In this document: positions 24,326 to 38,578 of the stretch, one piece after another | Numbering within the stretch: the stretch's first letter is position 1 | How the letters are laid out: each line of letters begins with the position of its first letter | Source: Octopus vulgaris | Lineage: Eukaryota | Direction: 5' to 3' | Assembly (NCBI GenBank): GCA_951406725.2 | Contig: OX597820.1 | Coordinates: 12,710,001-12,774,000, forward strand | DNA: 64,000 bases | Program-made: the position numbers and the translations under genes | Notes under the pieces: generated by a model | Databases searched by the model: none | What the model was told of the DNA's origin: nothing | Seen by the model: the letters and a program-made list of their open reading frames with translations, nothing else

Positions 24326-25226
24326 CTGGTGGCCTTTATTCTCTTTTGTAGTGCACCTGAGGACTGTATACAATAATTTCTTTCATATTTCATATATATT
24401 CATACATACACGAACACATACGCGCACTCACAGCCATATACACACATACGCTTTCATTCTTTCTCCCTATCCATCCGTCTTACAACAATACAACAATATA
24501 AATATAACATAAGGGGGATCAGCCATCTGAATGTGGCTAGGGACAGGGCGGGGTGGTGGGAGTGTTACTGATCGCCCCAGGCGATCATCGACGTCACCAG
24601 GCGATCATCGACGTCACCAGAAGGGCCGACACCATCACGGTGTCCTTGCCAGCCTGCAAAGGGAGATCAGCCTCCCCGAAGATACGGATACTACATACGG
24701 ACCGGTTTCGAGGTATTTGCCTCTTATCAACGCATGGTAAGCACCGTTCTTCGTTGAGGGACTCGAAACTGGAAAATAAGTAACAGACGGTCAGAAAGAC
24801 GTTGAACAGACCAGGAGTGGAGGTCAGGAATGGCAACGAAAGAACTTTGACAGACCTCAGTCATTTATTGATTAACCGGAATATTAATCAAACGATCGAT
24901 TAATTGGTTAAATCGTTGATCAATTGATGAATAAATAAAGAATTGAAATATAAATAGGGTATATTCATTTTGAGCCATTATAGCCCTTTCTTGATAAACC
25001 ATATATATAAATATTAAATTTTTTTACTATAATTATTTCTTAAATATAGCCACGAAACACGTGTCGTTATTCTACCAATTATATACGTTTTTATTGTTTT
25101 TTTGCAATTTACTTAATCATCGGTATATTATTGTTATTTAACTTTTAATATTTCTATTATATGTAATTTTCTAGATGGTGTAATTTAATTGTTCATTTTG
25201 AATTGATAAAATGTGTTTTTTTTCTA

Positions 25227-25275
<49 letters not shown>

Positions 25276-25344
25276 GTTGTGTGAAATTTGATTTAGTATT
25301 TCTAAATTGAATTTTTCCCTGTAAGTTAGGATTAATATTCCCTC

Positions 25345-26290
25345 AAATAATAAATAAAACATATGCATATATACATACATATATGTACGTACTTACATCT
25401 ATATGTATATATACAAGCATGTATGGGTACAGGACACCAAAAATAAGTCGAGCACAATGAGAAACGAAAACATAGAAACAGAACCATGGAAACGGACTTA
25501 TTTTTTAAACAACGAAAAAACAGGGTACATGACATACAGCACAAGAAAAATTCCCCTTCTTCAGCCACCTCCGTTTCGTCTACTCCGTGTTTCGAAGGTA
25601 AAGGCGAGACACGACTTCAGTGAAACGGTCGTTCCCGCAAAGCAAATTAAATAAAATTTGAGATTTTTTGCAGTGGGGTAAAAGTGGTAACGAAAACCGG
25701 ACAGTAAAAACAATACAAGACGGTAAAAATACAAATAAAAACAGTAAACGACAGGACAAGTAATACGAACGGTAAGGGCTGTTAAGCCGAACGAAGGAAA
25801 AATTATTTTGAACGCGGAGAACAACGGCTTAAGAAAGGGATAGGAAGCCGTCTAGGCTGTAGTCAGAAAGACAGATGGCCTCTGGTCACATGTCAGCGAC
25901 GAGGGGGGAGGAGGAGTAGTAAGAGAAAGGGAACGGTGAAAGGTAGAGAATGGTAGAGAAAACCAGAAAGAATGAATAATGAGCGAGAGGGGACAGTAAG
26001 GTTAGAAAAATAGAGACAGTAAGGTTAAGAGTGCGCATCATAATTATTAAGATAAAACTTACTTGGAAGAGGATGCGTGGTGTTCCATCATAAAATAACA
26101 AAATAATAAATAAAACATATGCATATATACATACATATATTGTACCTACATCTATATGTATATATACAAGCATATATGTGTACAGGACACCAAAAAAACC
26201 GTCGAACACAATGAGAAACGAAAACATAAAAGCAGAACCATGGAAATGGACATTTTTTTTTAAACAACAAAAAAAGGGTACAAGACATAC
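25345..26290 (-). mobile_element. dispersed repeat homologous to 17517-18475, partial tandem
   Basis: AATAATAAATAAAACATATGCATATATAC at about 25346 and 26102. Confidence 0.65.
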
Positions 26291-26318
26291 GAGTGTGAGT
26301 GTGTGTGTGAGTGTGTGT

Positions 26319-26393
<75 letters not shown>

Positions 26394-26990
26394 CAACCCG
26401 ACGCATAACATACGTACATTTTTATTCACCTTGGCATTCAGAGCGAAAAATTTAGAAGAAAAAAAAACGTATATAAAACTTGTTTCACTTCATGCAACAA
26501 GTGAAAACTTTGAGCTCCGCCTAGCTATATCTCATTATTAGTGTTGATGTCCTACATATGGTATTTGTTTCGATACAATTAGTCGAGCAGCAGCTGCTCT
26601 AAGTAAGCGACACTTGCGATGCTTTCTTGCGCGTAGTTAATTTTAGGGACATGAATATCTCTAAAAGCGTAGGGACGTATATAGCCACGCTACTACGTAC
26701 ATAGACACAAAACTACATAGACACAAACGTATACAGACGCATACACACATGTGCTTACACGCAAGAGAGAGAGAGAGAGAGAGAGAGAGAGTCCCACCTA
26801 CAAACACATTTGCACAAACACAGACAAACCCATTTACAGATATATGTTGCGGTCTACGTGTCGCTTTTTGTTCATACCTGTTTTCCCACACCCGTACACA
26901 TATTCACGTGTATAGGGACGTGAATACACACATATGCATGTGTATGCCTTTGCGCAGTTTTTTCTCTCTCTCTCTCCATCAGAGTGCGCC

Positions 26991-27021
<31 letters not shown>

Positions 27022-27163
27022 AGATAGATAGATAGATAGATATGTTTTCTTTTCTCATTTTGTTGAACGTTTTTTTGATATCCTGTACCCATATATGCAT
27101 GTATATATACATATATATATTGGTATGTACATATATGTATATATATACATATATTTATATATA

Positions 27164-27203
<40 letters not shown>

Positions 27204-27503
27204 TCACATACACACACACACGTATATATATGTGTGTGTGTATACATATATTTAGAGAATAATATTATTTATGGCCGGTTCATAGGGTCACAGAGGGTTT
27301 AGCATCCATAAAGCACTTAGCTGTACACACGTCATTATGAACGCGAAAAACCTGGGTAACCCTCTGAACCGGTCATAAATAAGATTTTCTACATACTCTA
27401 CTGGTCTATAACTCAGAATGTGCTTCTCTTTCGGATTTATGAATTAATGACTATATACATACATACATACATACATACATACATACATACATAAATAGCT
27501 AGC

Positions 27504-27582
<79 letters not shown>

Positions 27583-27912
27583 GTAGATGGATGGACTTTT
27601 ACTCCTTTAATATATTGTAATATTATTCGAGCCAAATGTATTCATGAACGCTCGACCTGCCAAAAATAAAAAGCAGAGATTCTTTCAAACCATTCCCAAG
27701 AGTCTTAAAAATTAAAGTGTAACATTATGAAGTCATGCCGTATCACAAAATGGATTATCATCTTTGTAATGTGTTAAGCCATAGATTTACTTAACCAGGA
27801 CTGACCCGCGACTAAACCTAACCAACAATTCAGTGTTACTTCTTAAAATAGGGAAGGACAGTGTTTTTTTTTTATATATATAGTGTTCTGCCATTGATAG
27901 GTTAACTGTCAG

Positions 27913-28080
27913 GAGGTGAGCTGGCGGGATCGTGAGCACGCTGGGTAAAATACTTAGCGGTGTTTCGACTGTATTTAGGTTCTGAGTTCAAATTCCGCCG
28001 ATGTCGATAGAATAATTACCAGTGGTGCACTGGGGTCAATGTATTCGACTTTCTGTCCTTCTGCCAAAATTTGAAACCAA
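27913..28080 (+). mobile_element. diverged SINE family B
   Basis: GAGGTGAGCTGGCGGGATCGTGAGCACGC..GAGTTCAAATTCCGCCG. Confidence 0.7.
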
Positions 28081-28505
28081 TGCGACAGTATAACTTTAAG
28101 TGAAATAGGGTCTCTGAATGAAGAGCAAAAAAGAATTCTTACCCAGAATTCACTTTTATTTTTTATATAGATCTCATGAAAGAATACTTTACAAAGTATC
28201 CATAGGAAAATTATGAGTGAGAGAGAAAGAGAGAGACAGAGAGAGGGAGATGAGAGACAGACGGAAGTGTTTCTTTCTGTCTATCATCGATTCTGTTTCA
28301 ATGAATTGAAAATGGTAATAAAGAAGGTAATATCCAGTATATGGGATGTCACAAAATCGAATGGAGTTATTTAAAATTACCAAATGACGGAAATTTACGG
28401 ACTGCAAACACTGTAACAGATGCTCAATGGACATGCATGCGCTGCTGACGATCACTGTAAACAACCTACTAAAGTTGTTTATAGCAGCGTACTACCTATT
28501 AACGT

Positions 28506-28890
28506 GGAGGCGCAATGGCCCAGTGGTTAGGGCAGCGGACTCGCGGTCGTAGGATCGCAGTTTCGATTCCCAGACCGGGCGTTGTGAGTGTTTATTGAGC
28601 GAAAACACCTAAAGCTCCACGAGGCTCCGGCAGGGATGGTGGTGATCCCTGCTGTACTCTTTCGCCACAACTTTCTTTCACTCTTACTTCCTGTTTCTGT
28701 TGTACCTGTATTTCAAAGGGGCCAACCTTGTCACACTCTGTGTCACGCTAAATATCCCCGAGAACTACGTTAAGGGTACACGTGTCTGTGGAGTGCTCAG
28801 CCACTTACACGTTAATTTCACGAGCAGACTGTTCCGTTGATTCGGATCAACCGGAACCCTCGTCGTCGTAACCGACGGAGTGCTTCCATC
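28506..28890 (+). mobile_element. full-length SINE family C (long tail)
   Basis: Near-identical to 44618-45004. Confidence 0.9.
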
Positions 28891-29160
28891 CACTATGAGG
28901 GGCAAAATGCTTATGCCACACGAGGCCTAACATTTTACACACATGCAGGCACACGCACGCACAGTCACAGGCACACACACGCACACACATATACTGACAC
29001 ACACACACGCACACTCAGTACGCGCAGACACACACGCACGTACACGCGCGCGCGCACACATACACACTCACACATACACACTCACACACAGACGCAGATG
29101 CACGCACACACTCACACATAAACTCCCTCACATACACACTCACACATATCACTCTGTAAC

Positions 29161-29319
29161 TTATTTCTTTACTATCCACAAGGGACTAAACACAGAGGGG
29201 GTCAAACTAGGGCAGACAAACGGATTAAGTCGATTATATCGACCTCAGTGCATAACTGGTACTTAATTTATCCCCCGAAAGGATGAAAGGCAAAGTCGAC
29301 CTCAGCGGAATTTGAACTC

Positions 29320-29320
<1 letters not shown>
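29161..29320 (-). mobile_element. partial SINE family B
   Basis: CCCCGAAAGGATGAAAGGCAAAGTCGACC..GAATTTGAACTCA. Confidence 0.75.
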
Positions 29321-29640
<320 letters not shown>

Positions 29641-29724
29641 GTATACGTCTTTATAAATAAATATGTTTACATATTCTTGTTCCTACATTTATCTGCATAT
29701 TTTTATATATCGTATATATGTATG

Positions 29725-30025
29725 CAATTGTTTCTCTACGTATAAGGTTTGCACGTGGTACAAGATCTTCCAGTAAACACTATAGTACACCTTGTTATTT
29801 TAAGAACCCTAAAGAACTGTATAATTTGGTAGTCTTTCTTTTATTCCAGTGTCTAAAGCTGAAGGTGTGATAGTTAAATCTCGCTTTGAAATTTTTGAGA
29901 CTCAAGTATCTCTTGGATGACACCGTATTATTAGCCTTGGTGGAATTTACAGTAGGTTCATAAATAATGACCATACAGGCTCCATTTAGTGGGCACAGGT
30001 CTTTATCCCTGCAGGAACAGCAGAC
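29725..30025 (-). pseudogene. Penelope-like element Cys linker + GIY-YIG endonuclease fragment
   Basis: CSCRDKDLCPLNGACMVIIYEPTV..KRYLSLKNFKARFNYHTFSFRH..WKIL. Confidence 0.85.
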
Positions 30026-30130
30026 TTCATGGTGTTTTGTTGTATTGTGCGTGATTGTGCTTTTAAAATTTGGTGGGAGAAGTAGTTCGTCAGGAAAACA
30101 TCTTTTCTAGCTGATTAATAGGCCGAGGCT

Positions 30131-30380
30131 ATTATTTATGAAGCTACTGTAAATACCACCAAGTCTAATAATACGGTATCATCCAAGAGGTATGTGGGAT
30201 TAAGAGAGGAGAATTTCAAAGCAAGATTTAACAATCACACCAACGGTGATGGCAGCTGCGGTCTTTGCAGTATGGAAAGACGGCTCATATGGAAAAAAGT
30301 TCTTTAGACCCCGTTACATCTTTAAATCCAAGAACCGAACTCTTTGGTTCATGTCCATACGTCACAAAATACATGTTATG
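30131..30380 (+). pseudogene. inverted Penelope GIY-YIG fragment with C-terminus
   Basis: IIYEATVNTTKSNNTVSSKRYVGLREENFKARFNNHT, then GDGSCGLCSMERRLIW / SLNPRTELFGSCPYVTKYML. Confidence 0.85.
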
Positions 30381-31208
30381 GTTTTGCTCCCCGCAATATC
30401 ACGGCAAGAATCCACGTTTCGACTAAGTTCCTGCACTAACTTTCCCATAAGTTTTAACTCCCATTAAATTTTATTTTTTGATTTTATTTTTTATTTATTT
30501 ATTTTTTATATATAGATTCATTTTATCCTTTTTAACGCACACACACACACACACACAGATATGTCTGTATGTATGTATGTATTATACATATATGTATAAT
30601 ACAGCATAGATATACTCCCATAATAGAAAGACACCTGTACGGGCACATTGACCTATACATACACTCATAGACAATGACACAAATTTGTGAATGAACAAGT
30701 GTATATCTATATACGGTCATATATACAACATATAGCTACGAAATATATGTGTACCTTTCTCTCTCTCCTTTGTCACCGAAAATAGTTTCTTAAGTAGTAT
30801 TTATGATATACATTTTATTTAAAGAAATCATGGGAACTATTCACCTATGTGCATTGCTCGTTACTAATGTTTATGGCTGCAATTTTGAAGGAGGTGAAGT
30901 CGATTTTCTTCGCCTGCGTTTTTCGCTAGATCCAAACATAGAAAATGCTTTTCTGTCGGCAGTTCGAACTCAGAAGAAAAGAAAGCGTAACAAAAGGTAG
31001 CTGAATATGTTAATCATTATTTTAAAACATCTGCTCAATGTTCATTGTTGAAATGTTTGTAGCATATAATGAATGCCTGAATAAACGACAGTTTTCAAAT
31101 CATTTACCTGACAGGCGTCTTTATTCAACAGTAGAAAAGCCTGTTCATGGAATAGTAACTTTGATTTATTAAGTACACTCTGGTGACCATACATGGGCAT
31201 ATACATAC

Positions 31209-31274
<66 letters not shown>

Positions 31275-31278
<4 letters not shown>

Positions 31279-31464
31279 ATTACGAAAAAAACAAAAGACG
31301 AAGACAGGTGGTGTACAAAACAAACAGATGTATTAGTATAACGCTCAGGAACAGAAAATGTCTTTTACGTTTCGAGCCTACGCTCTTCTAGAGAAAGGGA
31401 CACAGAATAAAATAAGGAGAGAAAAAAATGTGTGTAGTGGCTAACGATCTCTCATGACGACTAG

Positions 31465-31465
<1 letters not shown>
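31275..31465 (-). mobile_element. (TA)n-embedded short element with minimal hammerhead-like motif
   Basis: Minus strand CCUUU-CUCUAGA-A-GAGC-GUAG-GCUC-GAAA-CG-UA-AAAGA at 31361-31398. Homologues at 50685, 52515, 58620, 59385. Confidence 0.65.
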
Positions 31466-31503
<38 letters not shown>

Positions 31504-32504
31504 CATATGTGTGTGTATGTGTGTGTGTTTGAGTGTGCACCAATAAAATATATGTGAACAACAAAAAGAATATAAAATAGTAAATATGAGTTTTAGGCAT
31601 AAGTATGTACGTTTGAATGCGTGTGTGTATGTGGTGTAAGTGTGTGTGTGTGTGTACATGTGCGTGTGTGCGCATGTGTGTCTGTATGCGTGTGTATGTT
31701 TATATGTATGTAACTATACGTATTTGGGCGCCACAAATTTGGACCTGGATACATGAAATGTTGCGTAGGGGTGCATTTCTTCCACGAATAATTCGTTGAT
31801 TTCATCACATATTCCATTACTTTCTATAAACCTGGATAAGTCCAGGGAGTCCTACGTACAGCATGTGACAGTATTGTTTTATTATACGGTGCCATATGAA
31901 TGAAGATGTACATACACACACACGCACACCTTCAATACAAACACGTACTCATTAGTATGCCTATGCACACATACCTACACATAAACGAACATATACACAC
32001 GTACTGCTTATATTTAGATATTTAAAGCGATATATGTGCGTGCGTGTATGTGTGCATGCGTGTGTATCTCTATGCGTGTGCGTATGTTCCTGTGTTTATA
32101 ATTATGTGCATTTCGAGGCCACATATTTGTACTTGGATACATGAAATCTTGCGAGGGGGGTACACTCATGCAACGAATAATTCGCTGACAAGGCCAAATG
32201 TTCTATTACTTTCCATAAACATGGTATGTGCATTTCTCGCTGCGTGTGTGTATGTGTGTGTGTGTGTGTATGTGTGTGTGTGTCTAGATATATAGAGGTA
32301 GTAAGGTAGGTAGACACAGTGAAACGTGACACGTATATTTATATGGGGCACATGTATTTACATTACGACCTGAATAAGAGCTTCATGTGGATTTCTCGTA
32401 TAGTTGCCCCATTCTTTTATATCTATGTATACATATAGCGGCGTACGTACACTTCTGCTCACCTTATATATACACCGATAATACATGGTGTTTGCTAGTT
32501 TAGC

Positions 32505-33095
<591 letters not shown>

Positions 33096-33194
33096 AGGAG
33101 GTGAATGAATTATCCTAGCATGGAAAATTCGGTTGAAGCTACATGTCAAGGGTAGAAACTCCGGGTTCTTGTGTGGAAATGTGTGTGTTTTTTT

Positions 33195-33454
33195 TATATG
33201 AATAAATGAAAGAATGGAGTCGAACGAAGATTTTAACAAAATTCCTTTACTCTCGACACATGTTTCGAAGACGGCATACTCTTAATTCCGAAGGAATAAA
33301 GGGTGCATTATGCCATCTTCTCATCAGTAAAGATAAGAAGATGGCATAATGCACTCTTTATTCCTTCGGAATTAAGAGTATGCCGTCTTCGAAACATGTG
33401 TCGAGAGTAAAGGAATTTTGTTAAAATCTTCGTTCGACTCCATTCTTTCATTTA

Positions 33455-33462
<8 letters not shown>
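33195..33462. repeat. fold-back palindrome (~127-bp arms) containing a hammerhead motif
   Basis: Arms 33195-33321 and 33336-33462. Minus strand CUGAUGA-GAAGAUGGCAUA..UAUGCCGUCUUC-GAAAC-AUGU-GUC at 33250-33332. Confidence 0.85.
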
Positions 33463-33500
<38 letters not shown>

Positions 33501-34249
33501 CATTTATGTATGTATGTTTATGTATTCATATACACAAACAAGATATGTACCTACACGTATATTGGTATCTACATTCATACTGATATGTCATTGTAAATAT
33601 ATTTGCAGGGATTCCTATGTTAAGAAATTTTTTCTTATGTATTTTGTGTTGCAGATATGTCAAAACACTCACGACACGCCATTGATATTTTGCAGAACAA
33701 ATCAGAAATCATGAAGCAACAATGTATTTTTGGTAAAATAACAGAATACAAAACCACCCAAAATCTGAATAGTTTCAACATATACCATTATTTCAATGTC
33801 TTAATTACGCTGTAAACATGGCAACTACGTTTTACTAATAACAGAATGGAAATATCAAAAACTGTATAATTTCTCAGCTTCAGTACACCCACCCGTGGTC
33901 AAGACACTAATTCTGTTTACAACTTTAAGAAATTACGTTTGACCAAACATGAAACACGCAGAACGAAATTAATGGCTTATTTGCTTTTTTTTTGTTTCAT
34001 CTTCTTGTTTTTCTTTTGTAAATATTTATAGGTTGTTTGCGGCGGTTCTTTGTTTTATTTTATTTTTCTTCTTGTCTTGGTTCCTTAATCAACTTTACAT
34101 AAAATGAGCGGAACCAGATTCGAATTAATTAGATTGTTTACTACAGATGTTGGCGTTGTTCATTTTGTTGATAATGTCTGCGTTACTTCTTCTTTTTATT
34201 GTTTCATGTCTCTGTGTTTTTGTTGTAGTTTATTGCTTTGTGTCTGTGA

Positions 34250-34252
34250 TGC

Positions 34253-34308
<56 letters not shown>

Positions 34309-34388
34309 CAGCAGCAGCAGTTGCGGCTTTTCTTGATGAAGACGATGATGAGGAAAATGTTGATGATGAAGATGATGATAATGATGAC

Positions 34389-34426
<38 letters not shown>

Positions 34427-34540
34427 CGGTGATGATGATGATGATGAGGAGGAGGAGGATGATGATAATGATGATCTTGATGATGACGATGATGACGATG
34501 ATGATGATGATGCTGATGACGATGATGATGATGATGATGC
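34250..34540. repeat. compound (GTA)n(GCA)n(GAT)n trinucleotide repeat
   Basis: Direct observation. Confidence 0.9.
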
Positions 34541-35302
34541 ATTGCCGTTCTTGTCCATGTTATTCGTTCTACATTTATTGGCAATGGTATCCCATGTTGC
34601 TTCTCTTGTTAAAAGTCAAGCTGTGTTTCAGTCTGGGCTGTCTTCTCGTTACCGCTGCAGCAGCTAAAGCAGTTGTAATGTTACTTTTCATGGTATTAAC
34701 ATTAATTTTACTCTGCTGGTTTCTATTCTGCTCTGGGGGATTTCTATTTTTGTCAATATTATTCTTGTTGTTGTTGTTGTTGTTGTTGTTTTGGAGTTGC
34801 ATGTACTTTTTCCATTAGTGGGCTGCTTAACGTTACAGCTTTTCTTACACATGTTAGTACTGCACATGTATGGCACAGTTCGAATTGTTGTTGCTACCGA
34901 TGTTTTGTCCATCCTTTCAGGCATAGAAATGACTATATTATTTGATGTGTTGCTTCATATTTTTGAACGCGCAGACTTTCATTTTCCACGGCATGCAGCA
35001 ATAGTTGCTCTCAGGTTGTGTGTGAATATATTTTTTATTCTGTAGCTCAAAGTGAATCATAATTGAATCATGATTGAACAAACCTATGATCACCAGCAAG
35101 TCAGTCATGAGCATCTGTCTTTTAGCAATATCAAGGAGTAAATTAACTATCCAAAAAGCATTTCTTTGCTTACGAAGTTGAGATTTGCATTGAGGAAGAG
35201 TAGACCACCATGTCTGCCAGTTTGAAAGACCGTTAGTGTCTGGAGTTAGTAAAACCGTCTAAACCCATGAAGATGATAAAGTAGATTTGCTGGACTTCAA
35301 TA

Positions 35303-35684
35303 TCTCTCTTTATATAAACGGCAGTTTGTCTGTGCGTGTTTCTGTGTGTCTGTTTGCTTGTACCCTCACCCTGACCACGGCTTTCAACCGGTTCTGATGA
35401 AACTTGACACACACATAGCCCAATGTCATAATTCAAAACTAACGCAGCGAAAATTTTGAAAAGTTCCCCCAGTTCTGAAAAAAATCGATAAATTCGACAT
35501 GGGGTCGAGAATCAGAAACACAAACCGCAAACTGTCTAGGGGACGCGACTCGACCTTTTTTAACTAAAAAAAAATTTACCATCATTGTTTTCCATTTTTT
35601 TGCTATTTTTCGGCTATAACTCTCTAAAAATGCTTTATAGTTATTTCCCTTACAAACCTGAGCAACGCCGGGCGATACTGCTAG
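35303..35684 (+). mobile_element. short non-autonomous Helitron-like element
   Basis: A|TC start, CTAG|T end, subterminal GAGCAACGCCGGGC, no TSD. Confidence 0.78.
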
Positions 35685-36787
35685 TCTGAAATAAAAGTAT
35701 ACATTGAAAACTTACATAAAAACACAATACTTATCAATTTCTTCTTAATACGCTCTGGCAGATTTGAAAGGAAATATCAGATCACAATTGTTATTCGTTA
35801 TGGGATAACACTTCAATTTAGACGATGTGTGTTCACAACACATGTAATTCACTGGTGTAAAGAGAGGCACAGTGTTTTGGTTTCGTTTGGGGATCCTTGG
35901 TCACAAGAGCACGAGCTATTGCATATAGGAATCAGTAGCATTCTATGCTGATGTGTGCTGATGTGTAACAAAGAGATATCAAAATACGAAGGCAATTTAC
36001 TTCCCATTCTTTTAAAGTATCGATCTTTAAGCTGTTTAAATATGGAGCTTATACGAATAGATAAATATTTCTGCTCGGGTAGATGTTTTTGACGAATACA
36101 AATAATAATACGATGATGGAGAGAAAAATATTAGGTGTATATTGTTAAATCTCTGAACTGTTCTCTTTAACCACTGGGTCTGTCCTGATGGCTATTAAAT
36201 GTACGGGGTATAGTCATTTATAGAACGTTCACCAGCATGATTAGAAGTTTGAATTTTAAATTGAAGAGCCATAAAGAAAATATATGTATTTAATGCATTT
36301 AAATATTTATATATTCATTATAAAGTTTTTAATGTTTCTACTATAGGTAGTCATGTAAAGTGCCATTCCATCTATATAATATATCGTCAGCATGATATAA
36401 CCCGAGACAAATAAATTATACTAAATTAAATAATTTAGGAAGCGTAAGTTTGGGGAAATAACACAGGACAGTAAAAGGGGAAATTCGACTGTAACTTCAC
36501 AAATGATTAGTAGTAATATGTAGTCTGCTGAGGGTAACACATGGAAGTACATTTAACTGAAAGAAAAGTATTTAAAGCTGAAGACCTCAAATAGCCTCAG
36601 TGGCGATTAATGAATGCCACAACCCTTATAGTTTAATAAAAGTTTTCAGGAGCAAAATATACTAGTATCGTAATATCAAATACATAACGTTTTCACAAGA
36701 TTTTGATAAGAAGTTTTACACATACTCCGGTGGTAAATACACGTTAATATGGTATATTGTAATTTTTTATAGGACTATATCTAAACT

Positions 36788-38247
36788 AGTTGTTTTCCCA
36801 CTGACTGTTGGCAACGCCTATGTGTGCACATTCTGTTAAAATAAACCGGTTCTGCGCAGACGAAATGGCGGCCGTTTTTGTAATTGGGCAAACTTTTCAC
36901 CGTCACAAATCATTCGGCAAGTATAATAAAAATGACAATTGTGTCAGAACAAATCAATAGTGAAGGTTTAACAAAAAATTATTCATAAAGGACTTAATGG
37001 GATTATGATGTCATACTGTTCCTAATTTTTTATGTATGACCCTCAACATACAATAACCTTCCTTATGCGGTGATCCATTGAATTTGTTATGGTGATGATA
37101 TCCTCTTGTGTCATGCTTTGAGCAGCATATACAATAGTATCCTAGAGGGAAACTTTACTTGAAAACTGCCGTTCGTCTTAATAAATTCGCCTCTTAAGGA
37201 CAATCCACAGATGCTCGATTGTGTTTAAGTCAGGGGAACAAGGTGGCAACTCCATCAAACGACCTCCAGAGAAGCATATTTGCTACAGGCATTCCTTAGA
37301 ATTCTTCGCTGCATGAGAGGGACATTATCTTGCATGAAGACCAACTTTCTCTTGAATGAATGTTTTTGCTTTTTGAACCACGGTTGGAAATTGTCCTTTA
37401 AGGAGGTAACATGTGTTTTCGATGTCAACTTAATGCCATCTGGGACTTTCCATGGCCTGACCATCATACCACCAACGATGGCAGCCCAAAATATGACCCC
37501 ACTTCCATTTGTTGGCGTCTCAAATGATGAGGACGATTCACTCTGATTAGCACCAAAGCTTTACTACAACCATCTAGACCCTCAAGGGTAGCTCGGCATT
37601 TGTCAGTGAATATAACTCTTGAAAAACCTACCTTCGTGTATTCCTCTGTCCATTTCAGTCTCTTCTGCCTATGAACAGCCTTCAGAGGGGTCCTTTTAAC
37701 AGGTTTAACATTCCTGCTTCATGAGGCGACACCTGGTAGTTTTCCATATGTCTTCCTTGCCACAACTTTAGAAGACCTCTACTTGTAGAACATGGGCTCC
37801 GCACAACTTCCCTTTTGACACGTGACAAAATACTAGTCGAAGCAACCCTCGACTTATCTTTATCTGTCCTCGAACGGACAGAAAGAGGAGACTGCACAAC
37901 TATCTTCACTGTTCGGTGATCTCTCCCCACTATTTTTGATATTTCTATGATTGTGTTTCCTCTTCCAAGCTCTGACACGATTGTAGTCTTCTCATTCGAG
38001 GTAAGTTCACGTTTCTGACCCATAATGACATTTAAATTGGGCACCTGCATAATATTTTGGGACAGCAGAAATGTTGCTACTACACAATAATGACCGACGT
38101 TTCTTTCCGTCTGCGCAGATCTAATTTATTTTAACAGAATATGCGCAGATAAATGGTGAAAACAGTCAGTGGGAAAAGAACTGGTTTTGAAGGCATATGC
38201 ATTTATTTATTGTGAGAAGGTTGATTTGCCTAATGTGGGACGCAGTG
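36788..38247 (-). mobile_element. Tc1-like transposon (defective DDE transposase)
   Basis: MGQKRELTSNEKTTIV..GRDHRTVK, VIFTDKC, GVIFWAAI, FMQDNVP, PPCSPDLNTIEHLW. About 85-bp inverted repeats at 36788-36868 and 38103-38183; right end CAGTG|TA. Confidence 0.88.
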
Positions 38248-38249
38248 TA

Positions 38250-38250
38250 T

Positions 38251-38329
<79 letters not shown>

Positions 38330-38391
38330 CCTATCTATCTATCTATCCATCCATCTATCTATCTATCTATATATCTATCTATCTATTTATC

Positions 38392-38422
<31 letters not shown>

Positions 38423-38525
38423 CTATTTATCTATCTATCTATCCATCCATCTATCTATCTATCTACCCATCCATCTATCTATCTATCCATCTATTTATCT
38501 ATCTATCCATCTATCTATCTATCTA

Positions 38526-38575
<50 letters not shown>
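38250..38575. repeat. (ATCT)n then (TA)n
   Basis: Direct observation. Confidence 0.95.

Positions 38576-38578
<3 letters not shown>

Noticed and set aside
24575-24620. 21-bp tandem duplication in a GC-rich patch
   Set aside because: Two copies only; the host sequence could not be identified.
25045-25070. GAAAC-ACGU-GUC hammerhead 3' half (similar halves at about 12125 and 49460)
   Set aside because: No CUGANGA core or stem I partner found upstream.
28506-28580. tRNA genes at SINE heads
   Set aside because: A/B-box-like motifs but no complete cloverleaf; always followed by SINE body, and several copies have TSDs.
34104-34667. 187-aa poly-V/poly-D ORF on +
   Set aside because: Open only because of trinucleotide repeats; no domain or splice support.
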